Under the pieces are notes generated by a model. That model ran no database searches. It saw nothing but the letters and a program-made list of their open reading frames with translations, and was not told the DNA's origin. Shown one piece after another: positions 1 to 9,767 of a stretch of DNA of 64,000 bases. The DNA is from an uncultured Acidobacteriota bacterium (GTDB lineage: Bacteria > Acidobacteriota > Vicinamibacteria > Fen-336). A program made the position numbers and the translations under genes. Where the stretch lies: the NCBI GenBank assembly GCA_963720545.1, contig OY970399.1, positions 2,080,001 through 2,144,000 of the forward strand. The letters run 5' to 3'. How positions within the stretch are numbered: the stretch's first letter is position 1; the number at the start of each line of letters is the position of its first letter.

Positions 1-1
1 G

Positions 2-2131
2 AAGGCGGTGGTCTCGTCGCCCGGCGAGGACGATGCGCCGAGGTTTTCGCCCGACGGGAAGTCGATTGCCTACCTCGCCGGCGGCGACCCGAAGGACATG
101 TGGTACGGCTCGAACCACCTGGCGGTGGTGCCCGCGGGCGGCGGCGAGTCGCGCGCGCTGACGGCGGCGCTCGACCGCAACCTGCTGGAGCCGCGGTGGA
201 GCCCCGACGGAGCGTCGCTCTACTTCATCATCGAAGAGGGCGGGATCCAGAGCCTCGGCAAGGTGGCAGCCGGCGGCGGTGACGGCGGCATTGAGCGCCT
301 CGTCAAGGGCGAGCGCGATGTGGTCGATTTCGTGGTGGGCCGGAAGGGCGAGATCGTGTTCGTCGAAAGCACGGCGCAGATGCCGCAGGAGATCTCGGCG
401 CTCGACGGCACGGCGGTCCGCCGCATCACCCATGAGAACGACGCGGTCCTCGCCAACATCCAGCTCGCCGAGGTGCGGCGCCTGCCCGCGAAGAGTGCCG
501 ACGGCACCGCCGTCGATGGCTTCATCTACCTGCCGCCGGGCTACAAGGCCGGCGAGAAGGTGGCGGCCATCCTGCGGCCGCACGGCGGCCCCACGGGCCA
601 GTATTCGGCGAGCTTCGACTTCTTCCACCAGGTGCTGGCGGCGGCCGGCTACGCGGTGATCGCTCCCAACCCGCGCGGCTCCACCGGCTACGGCACCGCG
701 TTCGCGCGCGCCATCTTCGCCGATTGGGGCAACAAGGATTTCGAGGACGAGATGGCCGCCGTGGACGCGGCCGTTGCCGCCGGGTACGTGGATGCCAACC
801 GGCTCGGTGTCGGCGGCTGGAGCTACGGCGGCATCATGACCGACTACATCGTCACCAAGTCGACGCGCTTCAAGGCCGCGGTTTCGGGCGCCAGCATGGC
901 GCTCATGACCTCCGGCTACGGGACCGACCACTACCAGTACGAGTGGGAAACCGAGCTGGGCTTGCCCTGGAAGAGCGAAGCGACCTGGCGCAAGGTGTCG
1001 TCGTCCTTTTTCGACGTCGAGAAGATCGTGACCCCCATCCTTTATATGGGCGGTTCCAAGGACGTGAACGTGCCGGTGCTGGCGAGCGAGCAGCTCTACC
1101 AGGCGGTGAAGCGCATCGGCAAGGTGGACACCGAGCTCGTCGTCTACCCCGGGCAGTATCACGGCATCACGACACCGTCCTACGAGAAGGACCGCCTGGA
1201 GCGCAACGTCGCCTGGTACGACAAGTACCTGCGGCCGGGCAAGGCGGCGGCTGCCGCGAAGGACGACGCGAAGAAGCCGGAGGCGACCTCGCTCCTGGGC
1301 GTGCCGCTCTTCCCTCCCGACGTCGACGCCGAAACGCGCGAACCGCTCGAGGCCAACCTGGCCGCGGCGCAGGCCGAGTTCGTGAAGAACCCGGACAGCG
1401 CCGACAACATCATCTGGCTGGGCCGCCGGCTCGCCTACCTCTACCGCTTCCGCGAGGCGATCGACGTGTACACCCGCGGCATCGCGAAGTTTCCCGAAGA
1501 CATCCGCATGTATCGCCACCGCGGCCATCGCTACGTCACGCTGCGCGAGTTCGACAAGGCGATCGCCGACCTCGACAAGGCGGCGGCGATCATCGTGAAG
1601 AAGAAGCTGCCCGATGCAATGGAGCCAGACGGCTCGCCCAATGCTCGCGGCGTGCCGACGAGCACCTCGCACTTCAACATCTACTACCACCTGGGCCTCG
1701 CCCACTACCTGAAGGGCGAATGGGCCGCCGCCGAAAAGGCGTACCGCGAGTGCATGAAGTACTCGAAGCAGGACGACAGCAAGGTGGCGACGAGCGACTG
1801 GCTCTACATGACGCTGCGGCGCGCCGGCAAGGAAGCGGAAGCGAAGCAGGTGCTGGAGCCGATCACCGCGGGCATGGACGTCATCGAGAGCACCCAGTAC
1901 CGCGACCGCCTGCTGATGTACAAGGGCGAGAAGAAGCCGGAAGACCTGCTGGGCGAGGGCGGCGGCGACGGCGTCAGCATCGCGACCTTCGGCTACGGCG
2001 TCGGCAACTGGTACCTGGTGAACGGCGAGAAGGACAAGGCACGCGACGTGTTCCGGCGCGTCGTTTCCGGGCCGCAGTGGGCGGCGTTCGGCTTCATCGC
2101 ATCCGAAGTCGAACTGGCGCGGATGAAATGA
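2..2131 (+). CDS. S9 family (prolyl oligopeptidase/acylaminoacyl) peptidase with C-terminal TPR domain; 5' truncated by window edge
   Basis: PD40-like propeller repeats (PRFSPDG, PRWSPDG), HGGP, NPRGS, nucleophile GWSYGG, catalytic Asp/His region (DVNVP...GQYHG), then ~280 aa of TPR-like helices. Confidence 0.9.
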   Translation, partial: KAVVSSPGEDDAPRFSPDGKSIAYLAGGDPKDMWYGSNHLAVVPAGGGESRALTAALDRNLLEPRWSPDGASLYFIIEEGGIQSLGKVAAGGGDGGIERLVKGERDVVDFVVGRKGEIVFVESTAQMPQEISALDGTAVRRITHENDAVLANIQLAEVRRLPAKSADGTAVDGFIYLPPGYKAGEKVAAILRPHGGPTGQYSASFDFFHQVLAAAGYAVIAPNPRGSTGYGTAFARAIFADWGNKDFEDEMAAVDAAVAAGYVDANRLGVGGWSYGGIMTDYIVTKSTRFKAAVSGASMALMTSGYGTDHYQYEWETELGLPWKSEATWRKVSSSFFDVEKIVTPILYMGGSKDVNVPVLASEQLYQAVKRIGKVDTELVVYPGQYHGITTPSYEKDRLERNVAWYDKYLRPGKAAAAAKDDAKKPEATSLLGVPLFPPDVDAETREPLEANLAAAQAEFVKNPDSADNIIWLGRRLAYLYRFREAIDVYTRGIAKFPEDIRMYRHRGHRYVTLREFDKAIADLDKAAAIIVKKKLPDAMEPDGSPNARGVPTSTSHFNIYYHLGLAHYLKGEWAAAEKAYRECMKYSKQDDSKVATSDWLYMTLRRAGKEAEAKQVLEPITAGMDVIESTQYRDRLLMYKGEKKPEDLLGEGGGDGVSIATFGYGVGNWYLVNGEKDKARDVFRRVVSGPQWAAFGFIASEVELARMK

Positions 2132-2850
2132 GCGGCCTGCGGCTGTCGGGCGCGCCTGGCTTCGCCCTTGTCCTTGCCGTTGCCCTTGGCGCGAGCGGCT
2201 GCGCGGCCGGCGTGCCGGCGCCGCTCGGCCCGCAAACGGCATCCGACGCGCGGCTCAACCCTGCCGCGCCGCTGTGGCGCCAGCAGGCACCGAAGCGCTT
2301 CTACCTGCGTTTCGAGACGTCGAAGGGCGTCTTCGTCGTGGAGGCGGAGCGCAAGTGGGCGCCGCACGGCGCCGACCGCCTCTATCACATGGCGCACACG
2401 GGGCTGCTCGACGATTCGCGCTTCTTCCGTGTGCGGCCGCGCGAGTTCGCGCAGTTCGGCATTGCCGGCGATCCGGCGGTGGCGAACGCGTGGCGCGAGG
2501 CCAAGCTGCCGGACGATCCGCGGGTGCTGAGTAACGTCCGCGGCACGCTGGCTTACGCGATGGCGGGCGCCAACACCCGCGGCACGCAGCTGTTCATCAA
2601 CGTCAAGGACCATCCCGATTACGACCGCGACGGCTTCACGCCAGTGGCGCGGGTGGTTTCGGGGATGAGCGTGGTGGACGCGCTGTACGCGGGCTACGGC
2701 GATGCCAGCGGCGGCGGCATCCGCGCTGGCGCGCAGGGGCCGATCTTCGCGGGCGGCAACGTCCAGCTCGACCGCGACTTCCCGCGCCTCGACAAGATCA
2801 TTTCCGTCCGCATCGTCGCCTCGCCCGAGGAGTCGGGGCGGCGGCGTTGA
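2128..2850 (+). CDS. Secreted/lipoprotein cyclophilin-type peptidyl-prolyl isomerase
   Basis: ATG overlaps the upstream TGA; signal/lipobox (ASGC); FETSKG, FFRV, AQFG, NVRGTLAYA, TRGTQLFIN, GMSVVD. Confidence 0.88.
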   Translation: MSGLRLSGAPGFALVLAVALGASGCAAGVPAPLGPQTASDARLNPAAPLWRQQAPKRFYLRFETSKGVFVVEAERKWAPHGADRLYHMAHTGLLDDSRFFRVRPREFAQFGIAGDPAVANAWREAKLPDDPRVLSNVRGTLAYAMAGANTRGTQLFINVKDHPDYDRDGFTPVARVVSGMSVVDALYAGYGDASGGGIRAGAQGPIFAGGNVQLDRDFPRLDKIISVRIVASPEESGRRR

Positions 2851-4172
2851 CGACAACGACGGCTGCGGCGGCCCCGCAATCGATCACGCGCATCATCGGC
2901 GCCGCGTCGCTCGGCACCATGATCGAGTGGTACGACTTCTACATCTTCGGCAGCCTGTCGGTCTTCATGACCGAGGTGTTCTATCCCAAGGGCGATCCGG
3001 TGTGGACCGAGATCGCGTTCTGGGCGACGTTCGCCACCGGCTTCATCGTGCGGCCGTTCGGCGCCGTGGTGTTCGGACGCGTCGGCGACCTCGTGGGCCG
3101 CAAGTACGCGTTCCTCGTGACCTTGCTGGTGATGGGCCTTGCCACCTTCGTCATCGGCCTGCTGCCGAGCTACGAAAAGATCGGCCTGATGGCGCCGTTC
3201 CTGCTCATCCTGCTGCGCCTGGTGCAGGGCCTGGCGCTCGGCGGCGAGTACGGCGGCGCCGCGGTGTACGTTGCCGAGCATGCCCCGGACGGCAAGCGCG
3301 GCCTGTACACGTCGTTCATCCAGACGACCGCGACGCTGGGCCTCTTCATCTCGCTGGCCGTGATCCTGGTGGTGCGCGGCTCGATGTCGGACGCCGCCTT
3401 CCGCCAGTGGGGGTGGCGGCTGCCGTTCCTCGCCTCGATCTTCCTCGTGGCCATCTCGCTCTACATCCGCCTGCGCATGAAGGAGTCGCCCCTCTTCTCG
3501 GCGCTCAAGAAGTCGGGCAAGACCTCGCTGCAGCCGCTGCGCGACGCCTTCGGCAACTGGGCAAACCTGAAGGTGGTCCTGCTGGTGCTGTTCGGCGCGC
3601 AGGCGGGCCAGGGCGTCGTCTGGTACACCGCGCAGTTCTGGGCGCTCGCGTTCCTGATGGGCAAGGAGTGCAAGGTGCCCTACACCGAGGCGTACGTCAT
3701 CCTGGCGGTGGCGCTCGCCATCGGCACGCCGTTCTTCGTGTTCTTCGGCTGGCTGTCCGATCGGATCGGCCGCAAGAAGATCATGATGGCCGGCAACCTG
3801 GTCGCGGCACTCACGTTCTATCCCATCTTCCAGGCGCTGAAGCACTACTCGAACCCGCTCAACATGCCGATGCTGATCGCGCTGGTGACGCTGCTGGTGC
3901 TCTACTCGACGATGGTGTACGGGCCGATCGCCGCGTTCCTCGTCGAGGCGTTCCCGGCGAAGATCCGCTACACGTCGCTATCGGTGCCATACCACCTCGG
4001 CAACGGCTGGTTCGGCGGCACCGTGCCGCTCATCGCCACCTGGCTGGTGGCGCGCACCGGCCACCCCTACGCGAGCCTGTGGTTCCCCATCGCCGTCGCT
4101 TCGATCACCTTCGTGGTCGGCTCCTTGCTGTTGAAGGAGAGCCACCGGGTTCGGATCTGGGACGAGGTGTAA
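2847..4172 (+). CDS. MFS transporter, metabolite:H+ symporter family
   Basis: GTMIEWYDF, GDLVGRK, RLVQGLALGGEYGGA, WGWRLPF, SDRIGRK; TTG start overlapping the upstream stop. Confidence 0.93.
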   Translation: MTTTTAAAAPQSITRIIGAASLGTMIEWYDFYIFGSLSVFMTEVFYPKGDPVWTEIAFWATFATGFIVRPFGAVVFGRVGDLVGRKYAFLVTLLVMGLATFVIGLLPSYEKIGLMAPFLLILLRLVQGLALGGEYGGAAVYVAEHAPDGKRGLYTSFIQTTATLGLFISLAVILVVRGSMSDAAFRQWGWRLPFLASIFLVAISLYIRLRMKESPLFSALKKSGKTSLQPLRDAFGNWANLKVVLLVLFGAQAGQGVVWYTAQFWALAFLMGKECKVPYTEAYVILAVALAIGTPFFVFFGWLSDRIGRKKIMMAGNLVAALTFYPIFQALKHYSNPLNMPMLIALVTLLVLYSTMVYGPIAAFLVEAFPAKIRYTSLSVPYHLGNGWFGGTVPLIATWLVARTGHPYASLWFPIAVASITFVVGSLLLKESHRVRIWDEV

Positions 4173-4202
4173 GCACCTATCGCTACACTTGAGATCGACG
4201 CT

Positions 4203-7184
4203 TCAGAACAGCCAGGGTTTGCAATTGACCTGTGCGCCCACTGTTCGCAACGTCCGACAGGTGTCGATGCCGATGCCTTCCCAGTCGTTGCGGTTGCGTT
4301 GGACGAAGTCCACGACACCGTCGGCTTTGGGTCGCAGCTCGAGCACATGCGGCGTGGGCGCGCCCTCGGACAGTAGCGCGGTCGCAACCGCGAGCCGCAC
4401 GTTGCTGTCGAACTCGGGCTCGAACAGGGCGTCGACGCCATTGCCGTAGTACCAGACGTTGTCGTGGTCCTCGTCGACCAGGCGCGGGACCGCGGTGCTG
4501 CCGAGCCCGATCGCCCGCAGCGTCCGATGGCGGACGATACGGTTGTCGCCCTCGGACGGTCGATGAAGGTAGAAGAGCCGCAGGCGGCCGGGCAGCGGCG
4601 AACCGGGCGCAACCGCTTCCCAGGTCATCGAGGGGCGGCCGATGCTGGCTTCGTCCGACAGTTCCCAGGGGCTCGGCAACCAGCGGCCGGTGGTCGCATC
4701 CTGCGAATAGAGACGCAGGAGCCCGAGCGGACCTTGCGGAAACAAGCCGAGCAGCACGCGCCGGCCGCTGCTTTCGGTGACGTTCAAAATCGCCGGACAG
4801 CTGAGGAAGCCCGGCACCAGGACGGGATCGCCCGCTGCGTCGCGCGCGACCTCGTCGCCGCCCCAGGAGCCGGGCGAGGCGCCGCGCACTTTCAGGACGA
4901 CGTTGCCGTTCGCGTTCTTGAAAGCGAGAAGCAGCGTCGAGCCGGCGGCCGTGAGCGAGAACTCGTCGACGGCCGGCACGCTCACCGGGATCGGAGTTGC
5001 TGTACTCCACAGAAAGCTTGCGGTCATGGTGGCCTCGAAGAGCCCGGCATCGGTCCGAAACACGATCAGCACGCGGGGCGCCGCGCCGCCGCTCAACCGG
5101 TGTGCAGCGATCGAGAGAATGCCGTGATTCCAGGGCTGGTCCACGGCACGCCTTGTGAGCGGTGGGCCGCAGCGTCCCTCTGGGCCCGGACAGGACAGGT
5201 CGTCGTCGGTGAAGTCCACCCACAGCCGGCGGTCGCGCTCGTCGCCATAGAACACAAAAGTCCGGTTACCCAAACGCGCCAGCGCCGGCACGCCGTCGGT
5301 CAACCCGCCGGTGCGCATCGTGTTGGTGCGGGTGAACTCGCAGCTGCCACCGCCGTCATTGGCGTAGGCGCGCACCGGCGCGTCGGAGAACACACCATCG
5401 CGGTCCCAGTCGACGCTGCCGCTCGCGTCGTCGACGTTGTAGCCGAAGACGTCGCGCAGGTCGGCCAGGTACTTCACGCCCGGGCCGTTCGCGGGCACGC
5501 CCGCTTTCTCGACCAGCGCGACGTTGTTGAGCGCGGCGCGCCCGAACCCGTCGGCGAACGTCTGGCACGGCTCGTCCGCCGGCGTGGGCAAGCCGCCGCC
5601 AAGACCGCCGCGATCGCGGCGTCTAAAGCGCAACAGGCGGCCATCCACGCGTGCCATGCCGACCGCAACGAATGGCACCACGATGCCGCCGGTCGGGCAC
5701 GACCGCCCCAGATAGGCGTAGCTCATCAGGCTCGGATAGTTGGGTTTGCAGTTCGCATCGGGCTCGGCGCGCTGCGGCCCCGAGTGGTCGATGCCCAGGG
5801 TGTGGCCGAACTCGTGCGCGGCGACCTCGGCGGAGTCGAGGGGCAGGTTGAGGGTCGCCGCGTGCAGCGGCGCCTGGCCACCGGAACCGGGGTAACCGAG
5901 CGCGTAGTGGAAGAGCCCAACGCGGTTGCGGTGCATCATCGAGCTCCAGACGTCGGCCGCGTCGGCGCGGTGGCAATCGTCGCCGTCGCACACCGGCGAG
6001 GCGACGTCGTGGCCGCCCCAATCGCCATAGGTCGCAAACACTTTTTCGGCCGCCCCGGGCGGCGGGTTCTGGCCGGTGTCGAAATGCAGGCTGACACCCG
6101 GCTCGAGGTCCGGGTTGTCGAGCGACTGGGCGTGCGCCAGGCGCAGCAGCGGATTTTTCTCGACGTCGGCGTAGATCTGCGCCATGCGCACGGCATCGTC
6201 CGGCGCCAGCAGCTGCGGCGGATCGTTGCGCGAGGACGCGCCGTAGTCGACCTCGATGAACACGTCCTTGTGGCGCGGGTTGGCGCCCCAGCGCGGCAGC
6301 AGCTGATACGGCGCGCCGAGCAGTGTGCCGAGCAATTCGGTGCCGTCCTGCAGGCCGTCGCCATCGGTGTCGCGCGGGTCGATCGACCGCGAGCACTCCC
6401 AGTTGCCGACCGCCTCGCGGTTGGTGGAGCAGGTGCCGAACTGGTTCTCGAGCTCGGAACCGAGGCCATCGCGGTCCGGGTCGTGCCCCGAGAGAGCGCG
6501 GTCGTTGCGCACCAGGCGCACCGGACGAGCCTGGTCGGGGAACGTGTTGCCGACCAGAATCACCTCGACGGGCCGGTTCGCGAGCGGTCGGCCGGTGCTC
6601 TCGTTGGCGCCGCTTTCGTAGCGCTCGCGCATCCGGCCGTCGTCGTCGAGCGTGTACAAGGTGTGGCTGCGCGGGCCGTTCGGCAGCGGCACGATCGTCA
6701 GGGTCTCGCCGGCACGGGTATTCTCGAGGCGCTTGAAGGCACCGCCGACGGGCAGGCGGAGCCAGACGACACGTCCATCACAGAAGAGATCGGCGGCGCC
6801 CTGGCCCGAGTTCCAGTTGGCGCGCAAGACGAGCCGGAACCGCCCCGCGCTCGACGCGCGGAAGCTGAAGCGGGCGTTGAGGCCGCCGGCTGAATCGTCG
6901 TCGCGCGCTACCTCTTGCACGGCGCCATTGCCGGTCTTCGGCGCCAGAAGATGCAGCACGGGGTCGGCGCCGCCGGTGAGGTTGCGCGTTTCACACGTGC
7001 GCGTCTGGCCAGCGGTGAAGTCGAGGGTCATGCTGAACACGACGCTCGCATCGAGCCGATAGGCGCTGCCGCCCCGGCTCGGGTCGCGATGATCCCGGAC
7101 CGTGCGGCCCGCGACTATGGCTGGCGCGATCAACAACAAGATACCCAGCCATGTGGCGACGATTGCCGACACCGTTCTGCGCAT
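4203..7184 (-). CDS. Large secreted metzincin-type zinc metalloprotease-like protein with Ca-binding DxDGDG motifs
   Basis: Signal peptide; PPC-like DPVLHL...ARDDDS; DRDGLG and DTDGDGLQDG; HEFGHTLGIDH with Met-turn NYPSLMSY. Confidence 0.75.
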   Translation of the reverse strand: MRRTVSAIVATWLGILLLIAPAIVAGRTVRDHRDPSRGGSAYRLDASVVFSMTLDFTAGQTRTCETRNLTGGADPVLHLLAPKTGNGAVQEVARDDDSAGGLNARFSFRASSAGRFRLVLRANWNSGQGAADLFCDGRVVWLRLPVGGAFKRLENTRAGETLTIVPLPNGPRSHTLYTLDDDGRMRERYESGANESTGRPLANRPVEVILVGNTFPDQARPVRLVRNDRALSGHDPDRDGLGSELENQFGTCSTNREAVGNWECSRSIDPRDTDGDGLQDGTELLGTLLGAPYQLLPRWGANPRHKDVFIEVDYGASSRNDPPQLLAPDDAVRMAQIYADVEKNPLLRLAHAQSLDNPDLEPGVSLHFDTGQNPPPGAAEKVFATYGDWGGHDVASPVCDGDDCHRADAADVWSSMMHRNRVGLFHYALGYPGSGGQAPLHAATLNLPLDSAEVAAHEFGHTLGIDHSGPQRAEPDANCKPNYPSLMSYAYLGRSCPTGGIVVPFVAVGMARVDGRLLRFRRRDRGGLGGGLPTPADEPCQTFADGFGRAALNNVALVEKAGVPANGPGVKYLADLRDVFGYNVDDASGSVDWDRDGVFSDAPVRAYANDGGGSCEFTRTNTMRTGGLTDGVPALARLGNRTFVFYGDERDRRLWVDFTDDDLSCPGPEGRCGPPLTRRAVDQPWNHGILSIAAHRLSGGAAPRVLIVFRTDAGLFEATMTASFLWSTATPIPVSVPAVDEFSLTAAGSTLLLAFKNANGNVVLKVRGASPGSWGGDEVARDAAGDPVLVPGFLSCPAILNVTESSGRRVLLGLFPQGPLGLLRLYSQDATTGRWLPSPWELSDEASIGRPSMTWEAVAPGSPLPGRLRLFYLHRPSEGDNRIVRHRTLRAIGLGSTAVPRLVDEDHDNVWYYGNGVDALFEPEFDSNVRLAVATALLSEGAPTPHVLELRPKADGVVDFVQRNRNDWEGIGIDTCRTLRTVGAQVNCKPWLF

Positions 7185-7252
7185 AGGGCCTGCCCCAGTG
7201 ATGGCGGACAGTCGTTGGAGGGGGCCCCGGCGTCGCCGTCAGGGACTGTAGC

Positions 7253-7924
7253 TCAGCGCGGGCGGCAGTTCCAGTTGAGCCACGGCGCCGGCGCCGACTG
7301 GTCGCCCTTGCCCTGCGCCGCCAGGCCGCGTTCGAGCCGCCAGATGGCCTCACTCGCCGTCTGCAGGTCCTTCGCTTCGGCCATCAGCCGGAACTCAGCG
7401 CCCGGAGTGTTGTACGCCTGCTGCATCGGCATCGGGGTGTCGCGCAGCCGGTAGACCGTGCCGTCCTGCTTCTTCACTTCGTAGATGTAGTAGCGCCCGG
7501 GTCCGCGCGCCGCCATCTTCTTCTGCAGCGCGCCGAGGAGCGGCACGAAGTCGACGACGTACGGGGTGGTCGGCCGGACGCTGCGCATCTGCTGGCGCGT
7601 CTCGGCGTCGGTCGGCGCGCCGCGGTCGGGCGCGCCGCATTCAAGGTCGAACCCTTTCAGCAGGTTCTCGAACGCCTGCTGCGGCGTCGTGCCCTCCACC
7701 TCGACGTTGGTCTCGAAGCGCAGCAGCCCCTTGTCGATCGCGTCGTCCACGGCCTTGTCGATGTCGGCCTGCAGCGTGCCGGGCGGCTTCGGCGACGCCG
7801 GCGATGACGGCGTCGACGGCGATGGCATTGGCGACGCCGACGGCGATGCGGACGGGGTCTGGCCGCGCACGGCGAAGGGCACCGCCGCGAGGCAGAGAGC
7901 GCAGAGGAACAGGCGAAGCTTCAT
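7253..7924 (-). CDS. Hypothetical secreted protein with Pro/Ser-rich linker
   Basis: Signal peptide MKLRLFLCALCLAAVPFAVRG, PSASPS linker, GC3-rich codons. Confidence 0.75.
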   Translation of the reverse strand: MKLRLFLCALCLAAVPFAVRGQTPSASPSASPMPSPSTPSSPASPKPPGTLQADIDKAVDDAIDKGLLRFETNVEVEGTTPQQAFENLLKGFDLECGAPDRGAPTDAETRQQMRSVRPTTPYVVDFVPLLGALQKKMAARGPGRYYIYEVKKQDGTVYRLRDTPMPMQQAYNTPGAEFRLMAEAKDLQTASEAIWRLERGLAAQGKGDQSAPAPWLNWNCRPR

Positions 7925-7963
7925 CTCGCTTCAATCCTAGTCACGGCGCATCCCGCGCGCCAG

Positions 7964-8352
7964 CGCTCGTATTCCTGAGGGCTCCTTGCGCTTGCTCAGG
8001 CCCGAAGGATCCACCTTCCGTTTTCCCGAGCAGCTCAACGCTTGCGTCGCGATCGAGGGATCTCACTGTGTCCGGACACAGTGGGTTCAACGGAGATCCC
8101 TCGGTCGCAGCGCAAGCGGTGAGCTCCTCGGGAAAACGGGTTGGTACTGCGTCTGGACGCAGTAGCGGCAGATCTTTCTGGCCATCTAGCAGTCCTTTGA
8201 CTGCTAGACGGGTGAAAAGATCCTTCGGGCCAGCGCAAGCGCAATCAGCCCTCAGGAATACGGTGCGACGGTGGATCCTTCGGGCCAGCGCGAGCGCAAG
8301 GGGCCCTCAGGAATACGGGCGGCAGCGCTAGCGCAAGGCCCCCAGGAAACCG
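7964..8352. repeat. Mosaic cluster of palindromic REP/BIME-like repeats
   Basis: Nested inverted repeats 7968-8015/8270-8317 and 8018-8064/8093-8139, extra copy 8219-8262, hairpins 8064-8083, 8145-8164, 8185-8208. Confidence 0.85.
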
Positions 8353-8354
8353 GG

Positions 8355-9752
8355 CTAGTGGGAGGCGGTGCCAGAAAGGGCCTTGACCAGGTCGCCGACG
8401 ACCGCCTTGGCGTCGCCGAAGAGCATGTAGGTGTGGTCGGCGGTGTAGAGCTCGTTGTCGATGCCGGCGAAGCCCGGGTTCATGCTGCGCTTGATGGCGA
8501 AGCAGGTGCGGGCCCGGTCGGCGTCGATGATCGGCATGCCGAAGATCGGGCTCGACTTGTCGTGGCGGGCGGCGGGGTTCACCACGTCGTTCGCGCCGAT
8601 CACCAGCACTGCGTCCGCCTGCGGCATCTCCGGGTTCATGTCGTCCATCTCGATGAGCCGGTCGTACGGGATCTCGGCTTCGGCGAGCAGCACGTTCATG
8701 TGGCCGGGCATGCGGCCCGCCACCGGGTGGATCGCGAACTTCACGTCCACGCCGCGCTTGCGCAACAGGTCGAACAGCTCACGCACGCGGTGCTGCGCCT
8801 GGGCGACGGCCATGCCGTATCCCGGCACGATCACCACCGTCTGTGCCAGTTCCATCACCTGCGCCGCGCCTTCCGGCGTCTCGGTCTTTACCGGCTTTGA
8901 TTCGACGGCGCCGCTCTTCGCCTGCACCTGGCCGAAAGCGCCGAACAGCACGTTGCTGAAGGAGCGGTTCATCGCACGGCACATGATGATGGAGAGGATG
9001 AGGCCCGACGAGCCGTCGAGGGCGCCGGCGGTCACCAGCACCTTGTTGTCGAGCACGAAGCCCATCGCCACCGCGGACAGGCCGGCGTAGGAATTGAGGA
9101 GCGACACCACCGTGGGCATGTCGGCGCCGCCGATGGGGATGACGAGCAGCACGCCGAACGCGAGCGACAGCACGATCACCGCCGGGAACAGGTACGCGTA
9201 GTCCACCGGCCGCACGATCAGCAGGAGCCCGCAGACGATGGCGATGGCGAAGAGGCCCAGGTTCATGAGGTTCTGGCCGCGGTAGGTCACCGGCCGCTGC
9301 GGGATCCACTTCACTTCCTGGAGCTTGGCGGCGGCCATCAGGCTGCCCGTGAACGTGAGGAAGCCGAGCAGCACCTCGACGACGATTGCCGTCATGCGAA
9401 ACGCCGTCAACTCCGCGTTGCCTTCGCCGAGCCACGTGTAGTACTTCGCGGTGCCGACGAGGCCCGCGGCCAGGCCGCCGAACGCGTGCGAGAGGGCGGT
9501 TCGCTGCGGCACCGCCGTGATCGGGACGCGGCTCAGCGGCACGCCCACGATTGTGCCGAGGACCAGGGCGATCGCGATCCAGTGCCAGTTGACGATGCCT
9601 GGCGTGAACATGGTGCCCACGACCGCGAGGGCCATGGCCGAGGCGCCCGCCCAGACGGCGCGCGGCGCGCTCTTCGGGTCGTTCATCCAGTAGAGCGCGA
9701 AGATGAAGAGCGCCGTGGCGAGGAGGTAGCAAGCTTCGGTCAGGAGTTGCAT
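8355..9752 (-). CDS. pntB: NAD(P) transhydrogenase subunit beta
   Basis: PIGGADMP, LNSYAG, PGYGMAVAQAQ, HPVAGRMPGHMNVLLAEA, GANDVVNP. Confidence 0.97.
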   Translation of the reverse strand: MQLLTEACYLLATALFIFALYWMNDPKSAPRAVWAGASAMALAVVGTMFTPGIVNWHWIAIALVLGTIVGVPLSRVPITAVPQRTALSHAFGGLAAGLVGTAKYYTWLGEGNAELTAFRMTAIVVEVLLGFLTFTGSLMAAAKLQEVKWIPQRPVTYRGQNLMNLGLFAIAIVCGLLLIVRPVDYAYLFPAVIVLSLAFGVLLVIPIGGADMPTVVSLLNSYAGLSAVAMGFVLDNKVLVTAGALDGSSGLILSIIMCRAMNRSFSNVLFGAFGQVQAKSGAVESKPVKTETPEGAAQVMELAQTVVIVPGYGMAVAQAQHRVRELFDLLRKRGVDVKFAIHPVAGRMPGHMNVLLAEAEIPYDRLIEMDDMNPEMPQADAVLVIGANDVVNPAARHDKSSPIFGMPIIDADRARTCFAIKRSMNPGFAGIDNELYTADHTYMLFGDAKAVVGDLVKALSGTASH

Positions 9753-9767
9753 CTGTGGCGCCGCGCC

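Noticed and set aside
7964..8352. RNase P, SRP, tmRNA or 6S RNA
   Set aside because: No recognisable conserved motifs of these RNAs; the structure is built from repeats found elsewhere in the window
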